Assembly (NCBI GenBank): GCA_964057225.1
Contig: OZ059899.1
Coordinates: 12,400,001 to 12,464,000, forward strand
From: Auanema rhodensis
Lineage: Eukaryota; Animalia; Nematoda
Length of the DNA: 64,000 nt
Reading direction: 5' to 3'
The first letter of the stretch is position 1. The number at the start of each line of letters is the position of its first letter. Position numbers and translations under genes: made by a program. Positions 7,501-22,468 of the stretch are shown here, in pieces. The notes beneath the pieces are model-generated. The model was not told the origin of the DNA and ran no database searches. It was given only the letters and a program-made list of their open reading frames with translations.

Positions 7501-10500
7501 AACAGGTGAGATGGCCGAGCGGTCTAAGGCGCTGGTTTAAGGCACCAGTCTCTTCGGAGGCGTGGGTTCGAATCCCACTCTCATCAGAATCCTTTTATTA
7601 TATAAAACATTTTGTTATATACGAAGTGTCGACAAGAACCATTTGAGCATCAAGAGTTTCAACAGACAACAGGTGAGATGGCCGAGCGGTCTAAGGCGCT
7701 GGTTTAAGGCACCAGTCACTTCGGAGGCGTGGGTTCGAATCCCACTCTCATCAGAATCCTTTTATTGTATAAAACATTTTGATATATACGAAGGGTCGAC
7801 AAGAACCATTTGAGCATCAAGAGTTTCAACAGACAACAGGTGAGATGGCCGAGCGGTCTAAGGCGCTGGTTTAAGGCACCAGTCTCTTCGGAGGCGTGGG
7901 TTCGAATCCCACTCTCATCAGAATCCTTTTATTATATAAAACATTTTGTTATATACGAAGTGTCGACAAGAACCATTTGAGCATCAAGAGTTTCAACAGA
8001 CAACAGGTGAGATGGCCGAGCGGTCTAAGGCGCTGGTTTAAGGCACCAGTCTCTTCGGAGGCGTGGGTTCGAATCCCACTCTCATCAGAATCCTTTTATT
8101 GTATAAAACATTTTGATATATACGAAGGGTCGACAAGAACCATTTGAGCATCAAGAGTTTCAACAGACAACAGGTGAGATGGCCGAGCGGTCTAAGGCGC
8201 TGGTTTAAGGCACCAGTCTCTTCGGAGGCGTGGGTTCGAATCCCACTCTCATCAGAATCCTTTTATTGTATAAAACATTTTGATATATACGAAGGGTCGA
8301 CAAGAACCATTTGAGCTTTAAGAGTTTCAACAGACAACAGGTGAGATGGCCGAGCGGTCTAAGGCGCTGGTTTAAGGCACCAGTCTCTTCGGAGGCGTGG
8401 GTTCGAATCCCACTCTCATCAGAATCCTTTTATTGTATAAAACATTTTGATATATACGAAGGGTCGATCGAGATCATTTGATTATCAAGAGTTTCAACAG
8501 ATAACAGGTGAGATGGCCGAGCGGTCTAAGGCGCTGGTTTAAGGCACCAGTATCTTCGGAGGCGTGGGTTCGAATCCCACTCTCATCAGAATCCTTTTAT
8601 TATATAAAACATTTTGATATATACGAAGGGTCGACAAGAACCATTTGAGCATCAAGAGTTTCAACAGACAACAGGTGAGATGGCCGAGCGGTCTAAGGCG
8701 CTGGTTTAAGGCACCAGTCTCTTCGGAGGCGTGGGTTCGAATCCCACTCTCATCAGAATCCTTTTATTGTATAAAACATTTTGATATATACGAAGGGTCG
8801 ACAAGAACCATTTGAGCTTTAAGAGTTTCAACAGACAACAGGTGAGATGGCCGAGCGGTCTAAGGCGCTGGTTTAAGGCACCAGTCTCTTCGGAGGCGTG
8901 GGTTCGAATCCCACTCTCATCAGAATCCTTTTATTGTATAAAACATTTTGATATATACGAAGGGTCGACAAGAACCATTTGAGCTTCAAGAGTTTCAACA
9001 GACAACAGGTGAGATGGCCGAGTGGTCTAAGGCGCTGGTTTAAGGCACCAGTCTCTTCGGAGGCGTGGGTTCGAATCCCACTCTCATCAGAATCCTTTTA
9101 TTATATAAAACATTTTGATATATACGAAGGGTCGACAAGAACCATTTGAGCATCAAGAGTTTCAACAGACAACAGGTGAGATGGCCGAGCGGTCTAAGGC
9201 GCTGGTTTAAGGCACCAGTCTCTTCGGAGGCGTGGGTTCGAATCCCACTCTCATCAGAATCCTTTTATTGTATAAAACATTTTGATATATACGAAGGGTC
9301 GATCGGGATCATTTGATTATCAAGAGTTTCAACAGACAACAGGTGAGATGGCCGAGCGGTCTAAGGCGCTGGTTTAAGGCACCAGTCTCTTCGGAGGCGT
9401 GGGTTCGAATATCACTCTCATCAGAATCCTTTTATTATATAAAACATTTTGATATATACGAAGGGTCGACAAGAACCATTTGAGCATCAAGAGTTTCAAC
9501 TGACAACAGGTGAGATGGCCGAGCGGTCTAAGGCGCTGGTTTAAGGCACCAGTCTCTTCGGAGGCGTGGGTTCGAATCCCACTCTCATCAGAATCCTTTT
9601 ATTGTATAAAACATTTTGATATATACGAAGGGTCGACAAGAACCATTTGAGCTTTAAGAGTTTCAACAGACAACAGGTGAGATGGCCGAGCGGTCTAAGG
9701 CGCTGGTTTAAGGCACCAGTCTCTTCGGAGGCGTGGGTTCGAATCCCACTCTCATCAGAGTCCTTTTATTATATAAAACATTTTGATATCTACGAAGGGT
9801 CGACAAGAACCATTTGAGCATCAAGAGTTTCAACAGACAACAGGTGAGATGGCCGAGCGGTCTAAGGCGCTGGTTTAAGGCACCAGTCTCTTCGGAGGCG
9901 TGGGTTCGAATCCCACTCTCATCAGAATCCTTTTATTATATAAAACATTTTGATATATACGGAGGGTCGACAAGAACCATTTGAGCTTCAAGAGTTTCAA
10001 CAGACAACAGGTGAGATGGCCGAGTGGTCTAAGGCGCTGGTTTAAGGCACCAGTCTCTTCGGAGGCGTGGGTTCGAATCCCACTCTCATCAGAATCCTTT
10101 TATTGTATAAAACATTTTGATATATACGAAGGGTCGACAAGAACCATTTGAGCATCAAGAGTTTCAACAGACAACAGGTGAGATGGCCGAGCGGTCTAAG
10201 GCGCTGGTTTAAGGCACCAGTCTCTTCGGAGGCGTGGGTTCGAATCCCACTCTCATCAGAATCCTTTTATTATATAAAACATTTTGATATATACGGAGGG
10301 TCGACAAGAACCATTTGAGCTTCAAGAGTTTCAACAGACAACAGGTGAGATGGCCGAGTGGTCTAAGGCGCTGGTTTAAGGCACCAGTCTCTTCGGAGGC
10401 GTGGGTTCGAATCCCACTCTCATCAGAATCCTTTTATTGTATAAAACATTTTGATATATACGAAGGGTCGATCGAGATCATTTGATTATCAAGAGTTTCA

Positions 10501-13500
10501 ACAGACAACAGGTGAGATGGCCGAGCGGTCTAAGGCGCTGGTTTAAGGCACCAGTCTCTTCGGAGGCGTGGGTTCGAATCCCACTCTCATCAGAATCCTT
10601 TTATTATATAAAACATTTTGATATATACGAAGGGTCGACAAGAACCATTTGAGCATCAAGAGTTTCAACAGACAACAGGTGAGATGGCCGAGCGGTCTAA
10701 GGCGCTGGTTTAAGGCACCAGTCTCTTCGGAGGCGTGGGTTCGAATCCCACTCTCATCAGAATCCTTTTATTGTATAAAACATTTTGATATATACGAAGG
10801 GTCGACAAGAACCATTTGAGCATCAAGAGTTTCAACAGACAACAGGTGAGATGGCCGAGCGGTCTAAGGCGCTGGTTTAAGGCACCAGTCTCTTCGGAGG
10901 CGTGGGTTCGAATCCCACTCTCATCAGAATCCTTTTATTATATAAAACATTTTGATATATACGAAGGGTCGACAAGAACCATTTGAGCTTCAAGAGTTTC
11001 AACAGACAACAGGTGAGATGGCCGAGTGGTCTAAGGCGCTGGTTTAAGGCACCAGTCTCTTCGGAGGCGTGGGTTCGAATCCCACTCTCATCAGAATCCT
11101 TTTATTATATAAAACATTTTGATATATACGAAGGGTCGACAAGAACCATTTGAGCATCAAGAGTTTCAACAGACAACAGGTGAGATGGCCGAGCGGTCTA
11201 AGGCGCTGGTTTAAGGCACCAGTCTCTTCGGAGGCGTGGGTTCGAATCCCACTCTCATCAGAATCCTTTTATTGTATAAAACATTTTGATATATACGAAG
11301 GGTCGACAAGAACCATTTGAGCATCAAGAGTTTCAACAGACAACAGGTGAGATGGCCGAGCGGTCTAAGGCGCTGGTTTAAGGCACCAGTCTCTTCGGAG
11401 GCGTGGGTTCGAATCCCACTCTCATCAGAATCCTTTTATTATATAAAACATTTTGTTATATACGAAGTGTCGACAAGAACCATTTGAGCATCAAGAGTTT
11501 CAACAGACAACAGGTGAGATGGCCGAGCGGTCTAAGGCGCTGGTTTAAGGCACCAGTCTCTTCGGAGGCGTGGGTTCGAATCCCACTCTCATCAGAATCC
11601 TTTTATTGTATAAAACATTTTGATATATACGAAGGGTCGACAAGAACCATTTGAGCATCAAGAGTTTCAACAGACAACAGGTGAGATGGCCGAGCGGTCT
11701 AAGGCGCTGGTTTAAGGCACCAGTCTCTTCGGAGGCGTGGGTTCGAATCCCACTCTCATCAGAATCCTTTTATTGTATAAAACATTTTGATATATACGAA
11801 GGGTCGACAAGAACCATTTGAGCATCAAGAGTTTCAACAGACAACAGGTGAGATGGCCGAGCGGTCTAAGGCGCTGGTTTAAGGCACCAGTCTCTTCGGA
11901 GGCGTGGGTTCGAATCCCACTCTCATCAGAATCCTTTTATTGTATAAAACATTTTGATATATACGAAGGGTCGATCGAGATCATTTGATTATCAAGAGTT
12001 TCAACAGATAACAGGTGAGATGGCCGAGCGGTCTAAGGCGCTGGTTTAAGGCACCAGTCTCTTCGGAGGCGTGGGTTCGAATCCCACTCTCATCAGAATC
12101 CTTTTATTATATAAAACATTTTGATATATACGAAGGGTCGACAAGAACCATTTGAGCATCAAGAGTTTCAACAGACAACAGGTGAGATGGCCGAGCGGTC
12201 TAAGGCGCTGGTTTAAGGCACCAGTCTCTTCGGAGGCGTGGGTTCGAATCCCACTCTCATCAGAATCCTTTTATTGTATAAAACATTTTGATATATACGA
12301 AGGGTCGACAAGAACCATTTGAGCATCAAGAGTTTCAACAGACAACAGGTGAGATGGCCGAGCGGTCTAAGGCGCTGGTTTAAGGCACCAGTCTCTTCGG
12401 AGGCGTGGGTTCGAATCCCACTCTCATCAGAATCCTTTTATTATATAAAACATTTTGATATATACGAAGGGTCGACAAGAACCATTTGAGCTTCAAGAGT
12501 TTCAACAGACAACAGGTGAGATGGCCGAGTGGTCTAAGGCGCTGGTTTAAGGCACCAGTCTCTTCGGAGGCGTGGGTTCGAATCCCACTCTCATCAGAAT
12601 CCTTTTATTATATAAAACATTTTGATATATACGAAGGGTCGACAAGAACCATTTGAGCATCAAGAGTTTCAACAGACAACAGGTGAGATGGCCGAGCGGT
12701 CTAAGGCGCTGGTTTAAGGCACCAGTCTCTTCGGAGGCGTGGGTTCGAATCCCACTCTCATCAGAATCCTTTTATTATATAAAACATTTTGTTATATACG
12801 AAGTGTCGACAAGAACCATTTGAGCATCAAGAGTTTCAACAGACAACAGGTGAGATGGCCGAGCGGTCTAAGGCGCTGGTTTAAGGCACCAGTCTCTTCG
12901 GAGGCGTGGGTTCGAATCCCACTCTCATCAGAATCCTTTTATTGTATAAAACATTTTGATATATACGAAGGGTCGACAAGAACCATTTGAGCATCAAGAG
13001 TTTCAACAGACAACAGGTGAGATGGCCGAGCGGTCTAAGGCGCTGGTTTAAGGCACCAGTCTCTTCGGAGGCGTGGGTTCGAATCCCACTCTCATCAGAA
13101 TCCTTTTATTGTATAAAACATTTTGATATATACGAAGGGTCGACAAGAACCATTTGAGCATCAAGAGTTTCAACAGACAACAGGTGAGATGGCCGAGCGG
13201 TCTAAGGCGCTGGTTTAAGGCACCAGTCTCTTCGGAGGCGTGGGTTCGAATCCCACTCTCATCAGAATCCTTTTATTGTATAAAACATTTTGATATATAC
13301 GAAGGGTCGATCGAGATCATTTGATTATCAAGAGTTTCAACAGATAACAGGTGAGATGGCCGAGCGGTCTAAGGCGCTGGTTTAAGGCACCAGTCTCTTC
13401 GGAGGCGTGGGTTCGAATCCCACTCTCATCAGAATCCTTTTATTATATAAAACATTTTGATATATACGAAGGGTCGACAAGAACCATTTGAGCATCAAGA

Positions 13501-16500
13501 GTTTCAACAGACAACAGGTGAGATGGCCGAGCGGTCTAAGGCGCTGGTTTAAGGCACCAGTCTCTTCGGAGGCGTGGGTTCGAATCCCACTCTCATCAGA
13601 ATCCTTTTATTGTATAAAACATTTTGATATATACGAAGGGTCGACAAGAACCATTTGAGCATCAAGAGTTTCAACAGACAACAGGTGAGATGGCCGAGCG
13701 GTCTAAGGCGCTGGTTTAAGGCACCAGTCTCTTCGGAGGCGTGGGTTCGAATCCCACTCTCATCAGAATCCTTTTATTATATAAAACATTTTGATATATA
13801 CGAAGGGTCGACAAGAACCATTTGAGCTTCAAGAGTTTCAACAGACAACAGGTGAGATGGCCGAGTGGTCTAAGGCGCTGGTTTAAGGCACCAGTCTCTT
13901 CGGAGGCGTGGGTTCGAATCCCACTCTCATCAGAATCCTTTTATTATATAAAACATTTTGATATATACGAAGGGTCGACAAGAACCATTTGAGCATCAAG
14001 AGTTTCAACAGACAACAGGTGAGATGGCCGAGCGGTCTAAGGCGCTGGTTTAAGGCACCAGTCTCTTCGGAGGCGTGGGTTCGAATCCCACTCTCATCAG
14101 AATCCTTTTATTATATAAAACATTTTGATATATACGAAGGGTCGACAAGAACCATTTGAGCTTCAAGAGTTTCAACAGACAACAGGTGAGATGGCCGAGT
14201 GGTCTAAGGCGCTGGTTTAAGGCACCAGTCTCTTCGGAGGCGTGGGTTCGAATCCCACTCTCATCAGAATCCTTTTATTATATAAAACATTTTGATATAT
14301 ACGAAGGGTCGACAAGAACCATTTGAGCATCAAGAGTTTCAACAGACAACAGGTGAGATGGCCGAGCGGTCTAAGGCGCTGGTTTAAGGCACCAGTCTCT
14401 TCGGAGGCGTGGGTTCGAATCCCACTCTCATCAGAATCCTTTTATTGTATAAAACATTTTGATATATACGAAGGGTCGACAAGAACCATTTGAGCATCAA
14501 GAGTTTCAACAGACAACAGGTGAGATGGCCGAGCGGTCTAAGGCGCTGGTTTAAGGCACCAGTCTCTTCGGAGGCGTGGGTTCGAATCCCACTCTCATCA
14601 GAATCCTTTTATTATATAAAACATTTTGTTATATACGAAGTGTCGACAAGAACCATTTGAGCATCAAGAGTTTCAACAGACAACAGGTGAGATGGCCGAG
14701 CGGTCTAAGGCGCTGGTTTAAGGCACCAGTCTCTTCGGAGGCGTGGGTTCGAATCCCACTCTCATCAGAATCCTTTTATTGTATAAAACATTTTGATATA
14801 TACGAAGGGTCGACAAGAACCATTTGAGCATCAAGAGTTTCAACAGACAACAGGTGAGATGGCCGAGCGGTCTAAGGCGCTGGTTTAAGGCACCAGTCTC
14901 TTCGGAGGCGTGGGTTCGAATCCCACTCTCATCAGAATCCTTTTATTGTATAAAACATTTTGATATATACGAAGGGTCGATCGAGATCATTTGATTATCA
15001 AGAGTTTCAACAGATAACAGGTGAGATGGCCGAGCGGTCTAAGGCGCTGGTTTAAGGCACCAGTATCTTCGGAGGCGTGGGTTCGAATCCCACTCTCATC
15101 AGAATCCTTTTATTATATAAAACATTTTGATATATACGAAGGGTCGACAAGAACCATTTGAGCATCAAGAGTTTCAACAGACAACAGGTGAGATGGCCGA
15201 GCGGTCTAAGGCGCTGGTTTAAGGCACCAGTCTCTTCGGAGGCGTGGGTTCGAATCCCACTCTCATCAGAATCCTTTTATTGTATAAAACATTTTGATAT
15301 ATACGAAGGGTCGACAAGAACCATTTGAGCTTTAAGAGTTTCAACAGACAACAGGTGAGATGGCCGAGCGGTCTAAGGCGCTGGTTTAAGGCACCAGTCT
15401 CTTCGGAGGCGTGGGTTCGAATCCCACTCTCATCAGAATCCTTTTATTGTATAAAACATTTTGATATATACGAAGGGTCGACAAGAACCATTTGAGCTTC
15501 AAGAGTTTCAACAGACAACAGGTGAGATGGCCGAGTGGTCTAAGGCGCTGGTTTAAGGCACCAGTCTCTTCGGAGGCGTGGGTTCGAATCCCACTCTCAT
15601 CAGAATCCTTTTATTGTATAAAACATTTTGATATATACGAAGGGTCGACAAGAACCATTTGAGCATCAAGAGTTTCAACAGACAACAGGTGAGATGGCCG
15701 AGCGGTCTAAGGCGCTGGTTTAAGGCACCAGTCTCTTCGGAGGCGTGGGTTCGAATCCCACTCTCATCAGAATCCTTTTATTGTATAAAACATTTTGATA
15801 TATACGAAGGGTCGACAAGAACCATTTGAGCATCAAGAGTTTCAACAGACAACAGGTGAGATGGCCGAGCGGTCTAAGGCGCTGGTTTAAGGCACCAGTC
15901 TCTTCGGAGGCGTGGGTTCGAATCCCACTCTCATCAGAATCCTTTTATTGTATAAAACATTTTGATATATACGAAGGGTCGATCGAGATCATTTGATTAT
16001 CAAGAGTTTCAACAGATAACAGGTGAGATGGCCGAGCGGTCTAAGGCGCTGGTTTAAGGCACCAGTATCTTCGGAGGCGTGGGTTCGAATCCCACTCTCA
16101 TCAGAATCCTTTTATTATATAAAACATTTTGATATATACGAAGGGTCGACAAGAACCATTTGAGCATCAAGAGTTTCAACAGACAACAGGTGAGATGGCC
16201 GAGCGGTCTAAGGCGCTGGTTTAAGGCACCAGTCTCTTCGGAGGCGTGGGTTCGAATCCCACTCTCATCAGAATCCTTTTATTGTATAAAACATTTTGAT
16301 ATATACGAAGGGTCGACAAGAACCATTTGAGCTTTAAGAGTTTCAACAGACAACAGGTGAGATGGCCGAGCGGTCTAAGGCGCTGGTTTAAGGCACCAGT
16401 CTCTTCGGAGGCGTGGGTTCGAATCCCACTCTCATCAGAATCCTTTTATTGTATAAAACATTTTGATATATACGAAGGGTCGACAAGAACCATTTGAGCT

Positions 16501-19500
16501 TCAAGAGTTTCAACAGACAACAGGTGAGATGGCCGAGTGGTCTAAGGCGCTGGTTTAAGGCACCAGTCTCTTCGGAGGCGTGGGTTCGAATCCCACTCTC
16601 ATCAGAATCCTTTTATTATATAAAACATTTTGATATATACGAAGGGTCGACAAGAACCATTTGAGCATCAAGAGTTTCAACAGACAACAGGTGAGATGGC
16701 CGAGCGGTCTAAGGCGCTGGTTTAAGGCACCAGTCTCTTCGGAGGCGTGGGTTCGAATCCCACTCTCATCAGAATCCTTTTATTGTATAAAACATTTTGA
16801 TATATACGAAGGGTCGATCGGGATCATTTGAGCATCAAGAGTTTCAACAGACAACAGGTGAGATGGCCGAGCGGTCTAAGGCGCTGGTTTAAGGCACCAG
16901 TCTCTTCGGAGGCGTGGGTTCGAATCCCACTCTCATCAGAATCCTTTTATTATATAAAACATTTTGATATATACGGAGGGTCGACAAGAACCATTTGAGC
17001 TTCAAGAGTTTCAACAGACAACAGGTGAGATGGCCGAGTGGTCTAAGGCGCTGGTTTAAGGCACCAGTCTCTTCGGAGGCGTGGGTTCGAATCCCACTCT
17101 CATCAGAATCCTTTTATTGTATAAAACATTTTGATATATACGAAGGGTCGACAAGAACCATTTGAGCATCAAGAGTTTCAACAGACAACAGGTGAGATGG
17201 CCGAGCGGTCTAAGGCGCTGGTTTAAGGCACCAGTCTCTTCGGAGGCGTGGGTTCGAATCCCACTCTCATCAGAATCCTTTTATTATATAAAACATTTTG
17301 ATATATACGAAGGGTCGACAAGAACCATTTGAGCATCAAGAGTTTCAACAGACAACAGGTGAGATGGCCGAGCGGTCTAAGGCGCTGGTTTAAGGCACCA
17401 GTCTCTTCGGAGGCGTGGGTTCGAATCCCACTCTCATCAGAATCCTTTTATTGTATAAAACATTTTGATATATACGAAGGGTCGACAAGAACCATTTGAG
17501 CATCAAGAGTTTCAACAGACAACAGGTGAGATGGCCGAGCGGTCTAAGGCGCTGGTTTAAGGCACCAGTCTCTTCGGAGGCGTGGGTTCGAATCCCACTC
17601 TCATCAGAATCCTTTTATTATATAAAACATTTTGATATATACGAAGGGTCGACAAGAACCATTTGAGCTTCAAGAGTTTCAACAGACAACAGGTGAGATG
17701 GCCGAGTGGTCTAAGGCGCTGGTTTAAGGCACCAGTCTCTTCGGAGGCGTGGGTTCGAATCCCACTCTCATCAGAATCCTTTTATTATATAAAACATTTT
17801 GATATATACGAAGGGTCGACAAGAACCATTTGAGCATCAAGAGTTTCAACAGACAACAGGTGAGATGGCCGAGCGGTCTAAGGCGCTGGTTTAAGGCACC
17901 AGTCTCTTCGGAGGCGTGGGTTCGAATCCCACTCTCATCAGAATCCTTTTATTGTATAAAACATTTTGATATATACGAAGGGTCGACAAGAACCATTTGA
18001 GCATCAAGAGTTTCAACAGACAACAGGTGAGATGGCCGAGCGGTCTAAGGCGCTGGTTTAAGGCACCAGTCTCTTCGGAGGCGTGGGTTCGAATCCCACT
18101 CTCATCAGAATCCTTTTATTATATAAAACATTTTGTTATATACGAAGTGTCGACAAGAACCATTTGAGCATCAAGAGTTTCAACAGACAACAGGTGAGAT
18201 GGCCGAGCGGTCTAAGGCGCTGGTTTAAGGCACCAGTCTCTTCGGAGGCGTGGGTTCGAATCCCACTCTCATCAGAATCCTTTTATTGTATAAAACATTT
18301 TGATATATACGAAGGGTCGACAAGAACCATTTGAGCATCAAGAGTTTCAACAGACAACAGGTGAGATGGCCGAGCGGTCTAAGGCGCTGGTTTAAGGCAC
18401 CAGTCTCTTCGGAGGCGTGGGTTCGAATCCCACTCTCATCAGAATCCTTTTATTGTATAAAACATTTTGATATATACGAAGGGTCGACAAGAACCATTTG
18501 AGCATCAAGAGTTTCAACAGACAACAGGTGAGATGGCCGAGCGGTCTAAGGCGCTGGTTTAAGGCACCAGTCTCTTCGGAGGCGTGGGTTCGAATCCCAC
18601 TCTCATCAGAATCCTTTTATTGTATAAAACATTTTGATATATACGAAGGGTCGATCGAGATCATTTGATTATCAAGAGTTTCAACAGATAACAGGTGAGA
18701 TGGCCGAGCGGTCTAAGGCGCTGGTTTAAGGCACCAGTCTCTTCGGAGGCGTGGGTTCGAATCCCACTCTCATCAGAATCCTTTTATTATATAAAACATT
18801 TTGATATATACGAAGGGTCGACAAGAACCATTTGAGCATCAAGAGTTTCAACAGACAACAGGTGAGATGGCCGAGCGGTCTAAGGCGCTGGTTTAAGGCA
18901 CCAGTCTCTTCGGAGGCGTGGGTTCGAATCCCACTCTCATCAGAATCCTTTTATTGTATAAAACATTTTGATATATACGAAGGGTCGACAAGAACCATTT
19001 GAGCATCAAGAGTTTCAACAGACAACAGGTGAGATGGCCGAGCGGTCTAAGGCGCTGGTTTAAGGCACCAGTCTCTTCGGAGGCGTGGGTTCGAATCCCA
19101 CTCTCATCAGAATCCTTTTATTATATAAAACATTTTGATATATACGAAGGGTCGACAAGAACCATTTGAGCATCAAGAGTTTCAACAGACAACAGGTGAG
19201 ATGGCCGAGCGGTCTAAGGCGCTGGTTTAAGGCACCAGTCTCTTCGGAGGCGTGGGTTCGAATCCCACTCTCATCAGAATCCTTTTATTATATAAAACAT
19301 TTTGATATATACGAAGGGTCGACAAGAACCATTTGAGCATCAAGAGTTTCAACAGACAACAGGTGAGATGGCCGAGCGGTCTAAGGCGCTGGTTTAAGGC
19401 ACCAGTCTCTTCGGAGGCGTGGGTTCGAATCCCACTCTCATCAGAATCCTTTTATTGTATAAAACATTTTGATATATACGAAGGGTCGACAAGAACCATT

Positions 19501-22449
19501 TGAGCATCAAGAGTTTCAACAGACAACAGGTGAGATGGCCGAGCGGTCTAAGGCGCTGGTTTAAGGCACCAGTCTCTTCGGAGGCGTGGGTTCGAATCCC
19601 ACTCTCATCAGAATCCTTTTATTATATAAAACATTTTGTTATATACGAAGTGTCGACAAGAACCATTTGAGCATCAAGAGTTTCAACAGACAACAGGTGA
19701 GATGGCCGAGCGGTCTAAGGCGCTGGTTTAAGGCACCAGTCTCTTCGGAGGCGTGGGTTCGAATCCCACTCTCATCAGAATCCTTTTATTGTATAAAACA
19801 TTTTGATATATACGAAGGGTCGACAAGAACCATTTGAGCATCAAGAGTTTCAACAGACAACAGGTGAGATGGCCGAGCGGTCTAAGGCGCTGGTTTAAGG
19901 CACCAGTCTCTTCGGAGGCGTGGGTTCGAATCCCACTCTCATCAGAATCCTTTTATTGTATAAAACATTTTGATATATACGAAGGGTCGACAAGAACCAT
20001 TTGAGCATCAAGAGTTTCAACAGACAACAGGTGAGATGGCCGAGCGGTCTAAGGCGCTGGTTTAAGGCACCAGTCTCTTCGGAGGCGTGGGTTCGAATCC
20101 CACTCTCATCAGAATCCTTTTATTGTATAAAACATTTTGATATATACGAAGGGTCGATCGAGATCATTTGATTATCAAGAGTTTCAACAGATAACAGGTG
20201 AGATGGCCGAGCGGTCTAAGGCGCTGGTTTAAGGCACCAGTATCTTCGGAGGCGTGGGTTCGAATCCCACTCTCATCAGAATCCTTTTATTATATAAAAC
20301 ATTTTGATATATACGAAGGGTCGACAAGAACCATTTGAGCATCAAGAGTTTCAACAGACAACAGGTGAGATGGCCGAGCGGTCTAAGGCGCTGGTTTAAG
20401 GCACCAGTCTCTTCGGAGGCGTGGGTTCGAATCCCACTCTCATCAGAATCCTTTTATTGTATAAAACATTTTGATATATACGAAGGGTCGACAAGAACCA
20501 TTTGAGCTTTAAGAGTTTCAACAGACAACAGGTGAGATGGCCGAGCGGTCTAAGGCGCTGGTTTAAGGCACCAGTCTCTTCGGAGGCGTGGGTTCGAATC
20601 CCACTCTCATCAGAATCCTTTTATTGTATAAAACATTTTGATATATACGAAGGGTCGACAAGAACCATTTGAGCTTCAAGAGTTTCAACAGACAACAGGT
20701 GAGATGGCCGAGTGGTCTAAGGCGCTGGTTTAAGGCACCAGTCTCTTCGGAGGCGTGGGTTCGAATCCCACTCTCATCAGAATCCTTTTATTGTATAAAA
20801 CATTTTGATATATACGAAGGGTCGACAAGAACCATTTGAGCATCAAGAGTTTCAACAGACAACAGGTGAGATGGCCGAGCGGTCTAAGGCGCTGGTTTAA
20901 GGCACCAGTCTCTTCGGAGGCGTGGGTTCGAATCCCACTCTCATCAGAATCCTTTTATTGTATAAAACATTTTGATATATACGAAGGGTCGACAAGAACC
21001 ATTTGAGCATCAAGAGTTTCAACAGACAACAGGTGAGATGGCCGAGCGGTCTAAGGCGCTGGTTTAAGGCACCAGTCTCTTCGGAGGCGTGGGTTCGAAT
21101 CCCACTCTCATCAGAATCCTTTTATTGTATAAAACATTTTGATATATACGAAGGGTCGATCGAGATCATTTGATTATCAAGAGTTTCAACAGATAACAGG
21201 TGAGATGGCCGAGCGGTCTAAGGCACTGGTTTAAGGCACCAGTATCTTCGGAGGCGTGGGTTCGAATCCCACTCTCATCAGAATCCTTTTATTATATAAA
21301 ACATTTTGATATATACGAAGGGTCGACAAGAACCATTTGAGCATCAAGAGTTTCAACAGACAACAGGTGAGATGGCCGAGCGGTCTAAGGCGCTGGTTTA
21401 AGGCACCAGTCTCTTCGGAGGCGTGGGTTCGAATCCCACTCTCATCAGAATCCTTTTATTGTATAAAACATTTTGATATATACGAAGGGTCGACAAGAAC
21501 CATTTGAGCTTTAAGAGTTTCAACAGACAACAGGTGAGATGGCCGAGTGGTCTAAGGCGCTGGTTTAAGGCACCAGTCTCTTCGGAGGCGTGGGTTCGAA
21601 TCCCACTCTCATCAGAATCCTTTTATTGTATAAAACATTTTGATATATACGAAGGGTCGACAAGAACCATTTGAGCTTCAAGAGTTTCAACAGACAACAG
21701 GTGAGATGGCCGAGTGGTCTAAGGCGCTGGTTTAAGGCACCAGTCTCTTCGGAGGCGTGGGTTCGAATCCCACTCTCATCAGAATCCTTTTATTATATAA
21801 AACATTTTGATATATACGAAGGGTCGACAAGAACCATTTGAGCATCAAGAGTTTCAACAGACAACAGGTGAGATGGCCGAGCGGTCTAAGGCGCTGGTTT
21901 AAGGCACCAGTCTCTTCGGAGGCGTGGGTTCGAATCCCACTCTCATCAGAATCCTTTTATTGTATAAAACATTTTGATATATACGAAGGGTCGATCGGGA
22001 TCATTTGATTATCAAGAGTTTCAACAGACAACAGGTGAGATGGCCGAGCGGTCTAAGGCGCTGGTTTAAGGCACCAGTCTCTTCGGAGGCGTGGGTTCGA
22101 ATATCACTCTCATCAGAATCCTTTTATTATATAAAACATTTTGATATATACGAAGGGTCGACAAGAACCATTTGAGCATCAAGAGTTTCAACTGACAACA
22201 GGTGAGATGGCCGAGCGGTCTAAGGCGCTGGTTTAAGGCACCAGTCTCTTTGGAGGCGTGGGTTCGAATCCCACTCTCATCAGAGTCCTTTTATTATATA
22301 AAACATTTTGATATCTACGAAGGGTCGACAAGAACCATTTGAGCATCAAGAGTTTCAACAGACAACAGGTGAGATGGCCGAGCGGTCTAAGGCGCTGGTT
22401 TAAGGCACCAGTCTCTTCGGAGGCGTGGGTTCGAATCCCACTCTCATCA
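4509..22449 (+). tRNA. tRNA-Leu(AAG) block 2, 108 copies
   Basis: 5 copies at 4509-5177 (the last with a 10-bp 3' deletion), then 103 copies from 5334 to 22368 at 167-bp spacing. Confidence 0.96.
5177..5257 (+). pseudogene. Damaged tRNA-Leu copy
   Basis: D-loop C>A change plus a 10-bp deletion that removes the 3' end of the acceptor stem and part of the terminator (unit length 157). Confidence 0.7.
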
Positions 22450-22468
22450 GAATCCTTTTATTATATAA

